The position numbers and the translations under genes were made by a program. A stretch of DNA of 64,000 bases from a virus. Positions 54,383 to 63,219 of the stretch are shown one piece after another; positions within the stretch are counted from its first letter, which is position 1, and each line of letters begins with the position of its first letter. The notes under the pieces are model-generated. The model had not been told where the DNA came from, did no database searches, and saw only the letters and a list, made by a program, of their open reading frames with translations. The stretch spans positions 24,929 through 88,928 of the IMG/VR virus record IMGVR_UViG_3300005663_001084, one strand, 5' to 3'.

Positions 54383-54696
54383 TGTGCGTCCACGTCACTA
54401 TGCAAGATATCCGGCTGGGCAAGCCTGACAGCCCGGCATACGGCCCAATCGCTTTGGCAGTTGGCCGCGCCCAGGGTGGCGGCGTAGCCAGCGTCTACTA
54501 CTCCGACATTCTCACGACACGGGGGATCTTCGAGACGCCGGAAGAGGTGTGCCAGTGGATATTGGCATTTGACCACGGAGAGGCCTCGGGATATTTACCA
54601 CCCCCATTTACCTTCACTCTAAAAAATAAAGCCCGTTTTGAAGCGTACCCGATGCCCGATCCTCCCTGGCCCCGGTGGTTGTGGAGGTGGGACTGA
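54382..54696 (+). CDS. hypothetical protein
   Basis: ORF, coupled. Confidence 0.45.
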   Translation: MCVHVTMQDIRLGKPDSPAYGPIALAVGRAQGGGVASVYYSDILTTRGIFETPEEVCQWILAFDHGEASGYLPPPFTFTLKNKARFEAYPMPDPPWPRWLWRWD

Positions 54697-54959
54697 TGCA
54701 CGACTTGTCCGAAGAACACATCGCTACGCTCCGGCTTGCGGATAAGCAGGGCGGACTCACGTTCCAATGCGAGAAGAATGGTCCCCATCTCCTAACCGTG
54801 CTCGATGAAGACGCCCCCTGCTCTCGGCCGGTCGCGGCTGACCTGTCACGTTGGGGACTCATCCAGGTAGTCGGTGCCTCGGATACACAGATAGGGTACA
54901 AACTCACTGACGAAGCCAAAGAGTGGCTTCGAGAACACCCGGAGACTGATGATGCGTAA
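54696..54959 (+). CDS. hypothetical protein
   Basis: Internal start MHDLSEEH. Confidence 0.4.
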   Translation: MHDLSEEHIATLRLADKQGGLTFQCEKNGPHLLTVLDEDAPCSRPVAADLSRWGLIQVVGASDTQIGYKLTDEAKEWLREHPETDDA

Positions 54960-55383
54960 ACCCAGCGACGAGTTCTGGGCAGCCTTCCGTTGCGGCGGAA
55001 GCCTCGTCATCCTGTGCGAGCACTGCGGACGGACACACTTCTGTACCACTTCCGGGGCTGTCGACTACAACGAAGGTGAACTGGAAGAGCTACTGGAGAA
55101 GGCCAAGAAAGACCCCGACATGTACCGTGAAGACGGCACGTACAGCAGCATCGAGTGGGGATACATCGGCGGGAAGCAGTCTGTCATGCACTGCCCCTGC
55201 AACGAAGAGAAGATCGCTCCCTACGAACAGTTCATCATCGTCCACGCCGAACAGATCCTGGAGTATCTCCAGAGCCGAGCTAATAAAAAACTCAGGAGTT
55301 CTCAGAGCCTCATGGACAAGGTCAACGAGACACTTAACGCCACAGAGGAAGCAGACAATGCGAGTAACCGTAGCCCCGAATGA
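54949..55383 (+). CDS. zinc-binding protein
   Basis: CEHCGRTHFC...HCPC. Confidence 0.45.
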   Translation: MMRKPSDEFWAAFRCGGSLVILCEHCGRTHFCTTSGAVDYNEGELEELLEKAKKDPDMYREDGTYSSIEWGYIGGKQSVMHCPCNEEKIAPYEQFIIVHAEQILEYLQSRANKKLRSSQSLMDKVNETLNATEEADNASNRSPE

Positions 55384-56566
55384 ACCGCCCGAGTCCTGGA
55401 CCTCATCGGTTTTCCTCGCCGGTCCCACGCCACGCAAAGAGGGCGACACCCGCTGGCGTGACAAAGCTATCGCGGAGTTCAAGAAGAGAGGCTTCGACGG
55501 TGTGATCCTCGACCCCGAGCGTGAGGACTGGCCCGAAGACAAAGAGGGCTACGAAGAGCAGATCCACTGGGAGCAGGAGATGCGCGAGCGGTGCGACGTA
55601 ATCCTGTTCTTCGTCCCGCGCCACATGGAACTGGCCCCCGGACTGACGACCAACATCGAGTTCGGCCAGGACCTATCAGGCTGGAAGGTCGTCTACGGCA
55701 GGCCCAACGACGCGGTCAAGATGGACTACATGGATCTCATCTACAAGCAGCGCTACAAGGTGGTCCACGAGACGTCCATCGAGGCCACGGTCCAGGCCGC
55801 CATGGACATGATCGAGACGCTCACGGAGAAGATCCACGACGTCGAGGCGGAGACGAGTGCGCTGCGTGAGGACGGCGAGACCTATGTGCCTCTTCACATC
55901 TGGTCGTCTCCCCAGTTCCAGTCCTGGTACAAGGCTCAGCTTGCCGTGGGCAACCGTCTTGACGCCGCCCGCGTGGAGTACGCGTTCGTGATGCCCAAGG
56001 CAGGGCTGCTGTTCATGTTCGTACTGTGGGTCAAGGTCTGGATCGAGGCAGAGCAGCGGCACAAGGAGAACGAGTTCATCGTCAGCCGCACCGACATCTC
56101 CACCATCGTGGCGTACAAGAAGGCGCTGTCCGGATCGCTGGCCGACACTGAACTGGTCCTGGTCCAGGAGTTCCGCAGCCCGGTCCGTAACAGCAGCGGC
56201 TTCGTCTACGAGTTGCCCGGTGGGTCAAGCATCAAGCCTGGGCAGGACCCGCTACAGATCGCGGCCGAAGAACTCCACGAGGAAACCGGCATCAAGATCG
56301 ACGACCCGAAGCGGTTCGTTCAGGTCATGCCGAAGCAGCTTGTCGCCACCATGCTCACGCACCAAGCCCACGTCTTCGCCATCGAACTGACCGAGGAGGA
56401 GATGGCTGTCGCGCGGGCCAAGGACGCGGCCGACGAGACCCACGGTCTGGAAGAGGACTCGGAGAAGACCTACGTCCGGGTCACGACGTTCGGTGAGCTT
56501 CCCGACCGCGATGTCGACTGGTCGACCATCGGGATGATCACCACGGCCCTACGCCAGGAACTCTGA
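55358..56566 (+). CDS. fusion of nucleoside 2-deoxyribosyltransferase-like (DNPH1/NDT fold) and Nudix hydrolase
   Basis: N-terminal SVFLAGPTP...CDVILFFVP...TNIEFG. C-terminal Nudix-like box GGSSIKPGQDPLQIAAEELHEETG. The start was moved from the over-extended track ORF 55076. Confidence 0.5.
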   Translation: MRVTVAPNEPPESWTSSVFLAGPTPRKEGDTRWRDKAIAEFKKRGFDGVILDPEREDWPEDKEGYEEQIHWEQEMRERCDVILFFVPRHMELAPGLTTNIEFGQDLSGWKVVYGRPNDAVKMDYMDLIYKQRYKVVHETSIEATVQAAMDMIETLTEKIHDVEAETSALREDGETYVPLHIWSSPQFQSWYKAQLAVGNRLDAARVEYAFVMPKAGLLFMFVLWVKVWIEAEQRHKENEFIVSRTDISTIVAYKKALSGSLADTELVLVQEFRSPVRNSSGFVYELPGGSSIKPGQDPLQIAAEELHEETGIKIDDPKRFVQVMPKQLVATMLTHQAHVFAIELTEEEMAVARAKDAADETHGLEEDSEKTYVRVTTFGELPDRDVDWSTIGMITTALRQEL

Positions 56567-56567
56567 C

Positions 56568-56864
56568 ATGCCTCCAGCGATTATGATGTCTTACGACCGT
56601 GTGCAGGTCTTCCGGTTTGGCGACGGCACTGATTGGGTTGCTACGCGTGACGTCGACGAGGCCATCAAGTGGTACTGTGCCGAGAACGGGTTCGAGGATG
56701 CCGACGATGCCGGATTCGATCCGAATCCCGTCTGCCTGATGACCGAGCACTACATCGAAGGGAACAACCCTGAAGCAGGTCGGGAGACCTTCCTCGACTG
56801 CATCAAGATACGCATTAAGAATGGCTGGGAGTTCCCGGCCGTCATCAGCAGCGAGAACTCCTGA
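56568..56864 (+). CDS. hypothetical protein
   Basis: ORF. Confidence 0.45.
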   Translation: MPPAIMMSYDRVQVFRFGDGTDWVATRDVDEAIKWYCAENGFEDADDAGFDPNPVCLMTEHYIEGNNPEAGRETFLDCIKIRIKNGWEFPAVISSENS

Positions 56865-56865
56865 T

Positions 56866-57687
56866 ATGAATGATGATTACCATGGTCCTCCGCCAGGAGT
56901 TACAGCCATGAATTTCGACACCGAGCTTGTGCAGTGCATGGTCGACCGCATCTGCGATTTTCACAGGGGCCAGACCCGTAAGGCCCTGCCGATCCCGTAC
57001 ACCTTTCATCTCTTCGACGTGGCCAAGACGCTGGTCAACTGGGGCATCGAAGATGCCGACGTCATTGCCGCTGGTCTGGGGCACGACCTGATCGAGGACA
57101 CCAAGGACAGTCACCCCAGCCTGATCGCACAATTCGGCACACGTATCGCCGGGATGATCGACGAACTGACTTGGGTCAAGGAGGACGGCACCAGTCGGAC
57201 GGCCAAGGTCAAGCACTGGAAGCAGTTCGCCGAGCACTCCACCATCCAGGCCCTGGTCATCAAGGCGGCCGACCGCTACTGCAACGTCCGGGACTACGCC
57301 CGGCAGCGCAGTCGGGACAACGAGTACGAAGGCGAGTACGCGGCCCGGTATGCCTGCTATCTGTACCCGGTGTGGCGGGCGATCTACACTCGGCAGGACG
57401 AGGTCTCTCGGGTCTTCGGAGACAGGGCGCAGCGGCTCATGGACCCGGACATCCGGTGGATCATCCGCCTCATCCGCTGCGACGTGAAGATTTGCCTGGA
57501 CGTCATCAACTCCAGGACGGTCCTCATCGACGGCGCTCTGGACATCGGGCTGGGCAAGGAACTTTGCGACGCTCAGGCTGATCTGGAGAGGCTGAACCAC
57601 GAGCGCTCCAAGAACGAGAAGGAGATCCAGGCAGCCGAATTGAGGCTCCATAAGCTGAATAGGCGGGCCTCCGATGAGCCTGAGTGA
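56866..57687 (+). CDS. HD-domain phosphohydrolase of the SpoT/Mesh1 small-alarmone-hydrolase type
   Basis: FHRGQTRKALPIPYTFHLFDVAKTL...AAGLGHDLIEDT matches the RelA/SpoT HD signature. The alternative start ATG 56908 has an AGGAG ribosome-binding site. Confidence 0.65.
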   Translation: MNDDYHGPPPGVTAMNFDTELVQCMVDRICDFHRGQTRKALPIPYTFHLFDVAKTLVNWGIEDADVIAAGLGHDLIEDTKDSHPSLIAQFGTRIAGMIDELTWVKEDGTSRTAKVKHWKQFAEHSTIQALVIKAADRYCNVRDYARQRSRDNEYEGEYAARYACYLYPVWRAIYTRQDEVSRVFGDRAQRLMDPDIRWIIRLIRCDVKICLDVINSRTVLIDGALDIGLGKELCDAQADLERLNHERSKNEKEIQAAELRLHKLNRRASDEPE

Positions 57688-57714
57688 CCCTCTATACATT
57701 TTTATTGGATTTGT

Positions 57715-57750
57715 AACCGTAAATACCCCTCCAAATCCGATAATATAAGT
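57715..57750 (+). promoter_or_regulatory. class-1 promoter variant
   Basis: gtAACCGTAAATAcCCcTCCaaATCCGATAATAtaagt. ATG follows 14 nt downstream. Confidence 0.5.
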
Positions 57751-57758
57751 AGTGCTAC

Positions 57759-58166
57759 ATGGACGATGAAATACTACAGCGCGAAGTGACCCTGGCCCTG
57801 GAGAAGGAACTCCAGGGCTATCAAAGCACGGTTGACCTGCTGAAGCAGGGCTTGAAGGAGGCCAAGAACCGGGCCAACATCAAGTTCAACGTGCACCTCC
57901 GCTGCATATGGGCCGACCACGGCGGCAGGGACGCCAAGGCCGAGCGCACCCGGGACCTGGAGAAGGCTCTCAAGAACGCGGTCACCCGTTACCTCAAGAT
58001 CAACAAGCGGTCCGATGTCCAGGCCCAGTGGCAGGTCACGTTCCAGCTTCCCTGCGGAGCAGGCGGGAAGGTCCCCGACAAAGTATGGAAGCCTCTCGCC
58101 ATCAAGGTGCTGGAGAAGTACGCACCCAGTACGTCCAGCTTGCAGCGTTGGAAGGGTGAGCTATGA
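57759..58166 (+). CDS. hypothetical protein
   Basis: ORF. Confidence 0.5.
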   Translation: MDDEILQREVTLALEKELQGYQSTVDLLKQGLKEAKNRANIKFNVHLRCIWADHGGRDAKAERTRDLEKALKNAVTRYLKINKRSDVQAQWQVTFQLPCGAGGKVPDKVWKPLAIKVLEKYAPSTSSLQRWKGEL

Positions 58167-58513
58167 GCACCGCCATGCAGAAGCTGAAGGAGGAGCTTGC
58201 CACGGCCGACGCCAAGGTCGATCAGATCTCAGGTGAGCTTACGAAAGCTGTCGAAATCAGGAACTCAGTCCTCGACCGCATGTTCGAGACTGACACAGGC
58301 TTCCGCATCGGGGGCGACGCTATCCAGACGCTGTCGTATGGAAGTAGGCCTCCGCGCCGTGTGAAAATCTTGCGCCTGACTAATCGCGATTGGAGCAACG
58401 GCAAAAACTGGTGGTGCGCAGTTCAAATTTACAAGAAAGACGGGACGCTTGGAAAGAACGAGGCCCGGGTATTCAGCGCCAAGGACGAACTCGCACAGGT
58501 TGACAAGGAATAG
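58163..58513 (+). CDS. hypothetical protein
   Basis: ORF, ATGA-coupled. Confidence 0.45.
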   Translation: MSTAMQKLKEELATADAKVDQISGELTKAVEIRNSVLDRMFETDTGFRIGGDAIQTLSYGSRPPRRVKILRLTNRDWSNGKNWWCAVQIYKKDGTLGKNEARVFSAKDELAQVDKE

Positions 58514-58515
58514 CT

Positions 58516-58788
58516 ATGCCTCATGGCGAGAAGACGCGAATCGGCATCGAGATCTTCAACGCTTTTGACCTGACCCGAGGTCGAGTCGAGGAAGACTTCG
58601 AGCCCGAAGCACTGGCGTACAGAGAGTGGCCGAGCGTCCCCATCAAGGGCGACCGGATCTACCTTAGCGAGACAGACAAAACGTACGAGGTCCTGTGGCG
58701 AACCTGGAGTTCCTTGGTAGACGGCAAGGCTGTGGTGATCACGACCGGAGCGTACGTCACACTCGCAGTGCAGGAGGTAGACCACTGA
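58516..58788 (+). CDS. hypothetical protein
   Basis: ORF. Confidence 0.45.
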   Translation: MPHGEKTRIGIEIFNAFDLTRGRVEEDFEPEALAYREWPSVPIKGDRIYLSETDKTYEVLWRTWSSLVDGKAVVITTGAYVTLAVQEVDH

Positions 58789-59426
58789 TGGCCAAAGTCA
58801 CCAAAGCTCAGCGTGCCAAGGTCGCGAAGGCCCTGAATAAACTGCTGGCCGAGCGCCGGATCTCTGACGGCGGCTACGCTCCGGCCACCGAACAGGACAT
58901 CGATCAAATCCACGTCCTGTTCTGCACGATCATCGAAGCCAAGTGGGGAAGCGATCCTGATGGCGATCTGCCTGTCGAATACAAGTTGATCAACCGCCAC
59001 ACAGAAGAGCGACTTCACTACTACCCGATCCCGTACGGCCACCGGCTCAAGGACTTCGAGGCGATGCGGAATCGGGTAAGCCTGCTGATGGCCAACTTGG
59101 ACATGGCTCAGGAAGCTGTGAGCAAAATGATGCGTGGCTTCATGGACTACGACATGCCTCGGATAGGCCTCACGTACCGGAACTGGTACATGGGAGGTGC
59201 CGCGCCGCACCAACGCGGCCACTACTGGGCCGCAAGCTCGAAGCTATTCAAGGGACGTCAGGTTGTCGAAGTTACGCACGGACAACCAACCGGTCGAGGC
59301 TTGGTCGTCCGGTTGCCGGGACAGGATGAACAGATTTCGCTGGACGAGATCAAGCTCTGGGGTCCCCAAGTCCTGAATTTCGACAGTGGACCGCTACCTT
59401 GGGGAGATTCCAACGATGAAAAATAA
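58788..59426 (+). CDS. hypothetical protein
   Basis: Internal start MAKVTKAQRAK overlapping the previous stop. Confidence 0.5.
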   Translation: MAKVTKAQRAKVAKALNKLLAERRISDGGYAPATEQDIDQIHVLFCTIIEAKWGSDPDGDLPVEYKLINRHTEERLHYYPIPYGHRLKDFEAMRNRVSLLMANLDMAQEAVSKMMRGFMDYDMPRIGLTYRNWYMGGAAPHQRGHYWAASSKLFKGRQVVEVTHGQPTGRGLVVRLPGQDEQISLDEIKLWGPQVLNFDSGPLPWGDSNDEK

Positions 59427-59637
59427 GTTCTTGCCTACTCTGATGGTCTGGGTAGTGGGCTACGCACTCGGTGCCGCGTCCGTAGGGTGCATTGTAGGTA
59501 TTGTCCACGTGGTCTATAATCCTCCTGATCCGGGCGAAGCGCCCCTCGGTATGCCGATAGCAGGCCTCGGGCTGTTCACCCTTGCTTTCATCCTCGGCAT
59601 CATCCTAACGACGATGTACGATACGGAGAAGAAATGA
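59416..59637 (+). CDS. membrane protein (2 transmembrane segments)
   Basis: MKNKFLPTLMVWVVGYALGAASVGCIVGIV...GLGLFTLAFILGIIL. Confidence 0.45.
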   Translation: MKNKFLPTLMVWVVGYALGAASVGCIVGIVHVVYNPPDPGEAPLGMPIAGLGLFTLAFILGIILTTMYDTEKK

Positions 59638-59906
59638 CCAACGAACACAAAGATGGGTGGAAACCCTCGCTCACATCGAAGTGTGCTGTCTGCAACGAGC
59701 GCCGGGCCGAGATCAACCTGAATAGCGTCACCGGGCACACCGGACAGTACTACGACATGTCTCCCGAGGCCATGTCGCAGACCCTGCGGTTCTGCAAGAA
59801 CAGTACCAAGTGCCGCGAGGTCGCGGGCGCGATGGTCCGCCTGAAGATGCCGTACGACCACCCAGAATGCTGGCGAGCGGAGCAAAAGAAGCTCGACGGC
59901 AGATGA
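59634..59906 (+). CDS. Cys-rich protein
   Basis: CAVCNERR...FCKNSTKC...HPECW. Confidence 0.45.
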   Translation: MTNEHKDGWKPSLTSKCAVCNERRAEINLNSVTGHTGQYYDMSPEAMSQTLRFCKNSTKCREVAGAMVRLKMPYDHPECWRAEQKKLDGR

Positions 59907-59910
59907 TTCT

Positions 59911-59955
59911 GTAAAATTTCCTTGCGTAAATACCCCTTCCGATCCGATAACATTG
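59911..59955 (+). promoter_or_regulatory. class-1 promoter variant
   Basis: aaatttcCTTGCGTAAATAcCCcTtCCgATCCGATAACAttgg. An AGGAGG ribosome-binding site follows. Confidence 0.5.
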
Positions 59956-59970
59956 GTAGGAGGACTGCTC

Positions 59971-61107
59971 ATGCCTGACCTGCTAAGCTCTGACGACTGG
60001 GAAAAGCGACTCTTCGGAGACTATAGACGTCAGTGGTGGGCGGGTGCAGAAGTCTATCGCATGGGCTCCACCCTCGACGAGCCTGTCCTCGAAGCAGATC
60101 AGGCTGCCCTCGATGCTTGGCGTGAGAAAGTCACCGATCCTCAGGCGATCAAGGCTTTCGAGGACGAGTACCTGTGCACGCGCCCGCGACAAGACGAGGC
60201 CCGGCAGCAGGCCAAGACCAAACTGTTCCGTGCGGCCTACGGCAAGTCTTCTCTTACTGACGCTACCAAAGTGTGGATGCAGGCGGAGATGCTGCGCAAG
60301 GAAAGGCAGGCCGACAGCGGCACCACGTCTCCCGAAAATGTCTCCGGCGTCGTCACAACCAAGTTCACCAGTGCCACGCAGGGCAAAGTCGACGTGGTCG
60401 ACGGCAGTAACGACGTCCATGTCAGCACCCACGACGGTGCGACACAGTGTACGTTCACCGTCGAGATCCCCGGCGTCGACCAGTGGATCGTCGACGAGTA
60501 CCGGCGGAACCTGAAGACACTGCGGGACATCTACGGAGACCAGATCAGCGATGTCGTCCTGCCGGAGCAGACCGAAGAGGCGCTACGTGAGTTCAACGAG
60601 AACTTCCGGCGGCACGCCAGCAGTCTGTACAGCAGTCCCGAAGTCGTGAAGACAACCGACTTGCTTGGCATGCTCCTGCTGGATACGCTGGGTACGCTGG
60701 CAACGGGAGTCAGCGTCAACTACTGGAGCCTGCAACGTTACACCTTGAAAGACCTGGGCGAAGAGCGGCAGGCACTGGGCATCCCAGTTGGGTGCGCCGC
60801 CCAAGGCCGGAACATCGTGATTCGCAAGGCCGGTAAGAACTACCCGCACGTCAACGGTCACGAGTGGCACATTGATCACACAGAGTGTAGCGCCAGTCTC
60901 ATCTCCCCCGCGTTCCCGACGTATGAGCGGGCGAACGCGGTGGCCGAACAACTTATCAACAACTGTCAGTGGGGGCTGTCAGGCTACGAACCTGGAGAGG
61001 TTTTCAACAACTTCCCCGCTCACATGGGCGAGTACATGCAGTACATGACTCGTCGTGACGTGGACTTTGTGGATTACCAGACGTGGCTGCTACGCTTCCA
61101 TCGTTAA
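59971..61107 (+). CDS. hypothetical protein (379 aa)
   Basis: ATG start MPDLLSSDDW after AGGAGG. The track start 59953 is a TTG. Confidence 0.55.
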   Translation: MPDLLSSDDWEKRLFGDYRRQWWAGAEVYRMGSTLDEPVLEADQAALDAWREKVTDPQAIKAFEDEYLCTRPRQDEARQQAKTKLFRAAYGKSSLTDATKVWMQAEMLRKERQADSGTTSPENVSGVVTTKFTSATQGKVDVVDGSNDVHVSTHDGATQCTFTVEIPGVDQWIVDEYRRNLKTLRDIYGDQISDVVLPEQTEEALREFNENFRRHASSLYSSPEVVKTTDLLGMLLLDTLGTLATGVSVNYWSLQRYTLKDLGEERQALGIPVGCAAQGRNIVIRKAGKNYPHVNGHEWHIDHTECSASLISPAFPTYERANAVAEQLINNCQWGLSGYEPGEVFNNFPAHMGEYMQYMTRRDVDFVDYQTWLLRFHR

Positions 61108-61508
61108 TGGCCCAGCGAGAGATCATTCATCGGCTGTCCAAATGCTTCCAGGCCCTGCCTCGCAGAGACTGGTTGGGCAACTTGGTGTGGCATGCCAAGA
61201 AGGGCAACCCGGTCCTGTGCGGGTCGACCGATCACGACTGGTACATCAAGTACGGGTTCGGATCGCCTGCTGTCATGGCCGTCACGCGCGCCGACCTCAC
61301 TAAGTTCCAGCCCACCATGAAAGTCGACGAGCTTCCGGCCCATATCCGGCACCAAGTCGTTGCGGCGTTCGAGTCGCTCTGCGTACCATACGGCTACGAT
61401 GTCTACATGGATACGTTGGAAGCGGCCTCGCAAGCGGATGTCTACGAGGCCATCCTGTCGCTGGAAGGGTCGGACTTCGAGGAAGACTCAGTTCCGAAGG
61501 GCACGTAG
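61107..61508 (+). CDS. hypothetical protein
   Basis: Internal start MAQREIIHRL overlapping the stop (TAATG). Confidence 0.45.
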   Translation: MAQREIIHRLSKCFQALPRRDWLGNLVWHAKKGNPVLCGSTDHDWYIKYGFGSPAVMAVTRADLTKFQPTMKVDELPAHIRHQVVAAFESLCVPYGYDVYMDTLEAASQADVYEAILSLEGSDFEEDSVPKGT

Positions 61509-61805
61509 GACCGTGTCCCGAACGCCGCCCTTCTTCTGGGGCGGCTCACCCAGATCCAGTTCGCCCTGAACCTCTTTCGGCTCCGGCTTGACCGGCTTCT
61601 CCTCAGGCTCCGGCTCGGAATGCTGGACTAGCTGGCCCGGCTTGGTCCGAGCGTGCACACTGCGACGGGAAGTCTCATTCTGGACGTCCTCCCAGTCCAC
61701 CTTGTAGCGCTCGGACGCCTTGAAGATGGACTGCATGAAGGGAAGGCCACGCTGGCGACGAAGCTGGGATGCGAAGTCGGCGGCTCTTTCGATACGGTCA
61801 GGCAT
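61488..61805 (-). CDS. hypothetical protein
   Basis: ORF. Confidence 0.45.
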   Translation of the reverse strand: MPDRIERAADFASQLRRQRGLPFMQSIFKASERYKVDWEDVQNETSRRSVHARTKPGQLVQHSEPEPEEKPVKPEPKEVQGELDLGEPPQKKGGVRDTVLRALRN

Positions 61806-61818
61806 GATTGGTCCTCAG

Positions 61819-62295
61819 TTATGGGCCGAACAGGGTACGGACCTGGATCTTCGACTCCAGTGTAGCCTGCTTGCTCTCGAACTTGTAGCGGCGAAGCTCT
61901 CCGGGGTTGATGATGTCGAGGAAGTCCCGGTAAGGAACCTCGAAGATCTGCATGCCCCTGCCGCCGGGACCACTGATGTCGATGTAGAACTGGGTACCCA
62001 TCTCCCGGACGCCTGCGTCGAGGTAGGTCTGCTGGACTCGGCGGAGCAGATCCTTGGTGAGCGTCTGCGCCTCAAATCCAGTCCCGACTAAGCGCGCCCA
62101 GCCCTGAGCCTTGGCCCAGTCCTCGTAGGTGCCGCCCTCCAGGTCCTTGTTGAAGCGCTCGCGGTAGTAATCCCCGGCGACCGCTTCGTGCCGACGCTGT
62201 CCGGTCACGGGCAGGATGGTCCCGTCAGGCAGGAGCCAACTGTACGTGGCGTCTGCCTCAAGCAGGAGCGTAGTGACGTCGTGCTGCGAGGTCAT
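61819..62295 (-). CDS. WxLPDG-domain protein; homolog of L-family proteins 6 and 7 but lacking the leader
   Basis: Internal start MTSQHDVTTLLLEADATYSWLLPDGTILPVTGQRRHEAVAGDYY. Compare YWILPDGEVVTV in protein 7. Confidence 0.5.
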   Translation of the reverse strand: MTSQHDVTTLLLEADATYSWLLPDGTILPVTGQRRHEAVAGDYYRERFNKDLEGGTYEDWAKAQGWARLVGTGFEAQTLTKDLLRRVQQTYLDAGVREMGTQFYIDISGPGGRGMQIFEVPYRDFLDIINPGELRRYKFESKQATLESKIQVRTLFGP

Positions 62296-62316
62296 ACTTG
62301 ACTTTCTTCCTGGGGT

Positions 62317-63219
62317 TTGTACAATAGGATCATGTACAAGACCTGCACAAACCCGACGTGCCAACAGTCTAACCCACAGTCGGTCTCAAACTTCGCTATC
62401 GACCGGCGTGTCAAGACGAAGATATCTTATCAGGCTAGGTGCAGGGACTGCAAGCGGCAAGCCGCCCGGGAGAACAGGCGGAAACGTGTACAGGAGAGCA
62501 AGGGTCTTTATTCTCGATGGAGTACGATGAAAACTCGGTGCTATAACAAGAACTGCGACGCGTATAAGTACTATGGAGCCCGAGGGATTGAGGTATGTAA
62601 AGGCTGGAGAGAATCCTACGGAGCCTTTGAGGCGTGGGCTCTAGCCTCCGGCTACGACCCGAAGAAGACGCTGGACCGCGTAGACTGCACCGGACCGTAC
62701 TCCCCAGATAACTGCCGGTGGGCGACGTGCCAGGAGCAGGCACTAAACACTCGTAGGACGAATCCTGGAAGACACAAGCCAAAGCCCAGAAAGAGTAAGT
62801 CCAGCAGAGCCCCTCTCGAAGTAGTGATGAAAAGACGCTGGTACGATATGCGAAACAGATGCAGCAATCCGAACAACAGAGCGTACCTCCACTACGGGGG
62901 CAGAGGCATTCTCATAGCCTCAGAGTGGCAGGACTTTGCCACCTTCCGCATTTGGCTGATCAGCCAGGGTTTCAAGGTAGAACTTACATTGGATCGTGTC
63001 GACGTAAACGGATCGTACTCCCCAGAAAACTGTCGGCTTGCAACAAGAACACAGCAAGCCAGAAACACACGACAGGTTAGGTTGTCCAGAGAAAAGGCAG
63101 CAGAGATCAGGATACTCTCTGCCCAAGGTGTATCCGGTAGGCAGATCGCCAAGCGATTTGGAGTTACGCCACCAACCATTTACTCAGTGCTAAACGGAAG
63201 ACTTTGGCGCACGCCATAG
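62317..63219 (+). CDS. tandem-domain DNA-binding protein (actinophage HNH-like/YGGRGI family) with C-terminal HTH; lower GC
   Basis: Two repeats of RW..M..RC.N.....Y.YYG(A/G)RGI.VC..W..F..F........LDRVD..G.Y.P.NCR.AT, followed by RQIAKRFGVTPPTIYSVLNG. Confidence 0.5.
   Translation: MYNRIMYKTCTNPTCQQSNPQSVSNFAIDRRVKTKISYQARCRDCKRQAARENRRKRVQESKGLYSRWSTMKTRCYNKNCDAYKYYGARGIEVCKGWRESYGAFEAWALASGYDPKKTLDRVDCTGPYSPDNCRWATCQEQALNTRRTNPGRHKPKPRKSKSSRAPLEVVMKRRWYDMRNRCSNPNNRAYLHYGGRGILIASEWQDFATFRIWLISQGFKVELTLDRVDVNGSYSPENCRLATRTQQARNTRQVRLSREKAAEIRILSAQGVSGRQIAKRFGVTPPTIYSVLNGRLWRTP

Noticed and set aside
56845-57699. 284-aa minus-strand ORF
   Set aside because: Antisense to the HD-domain gene.
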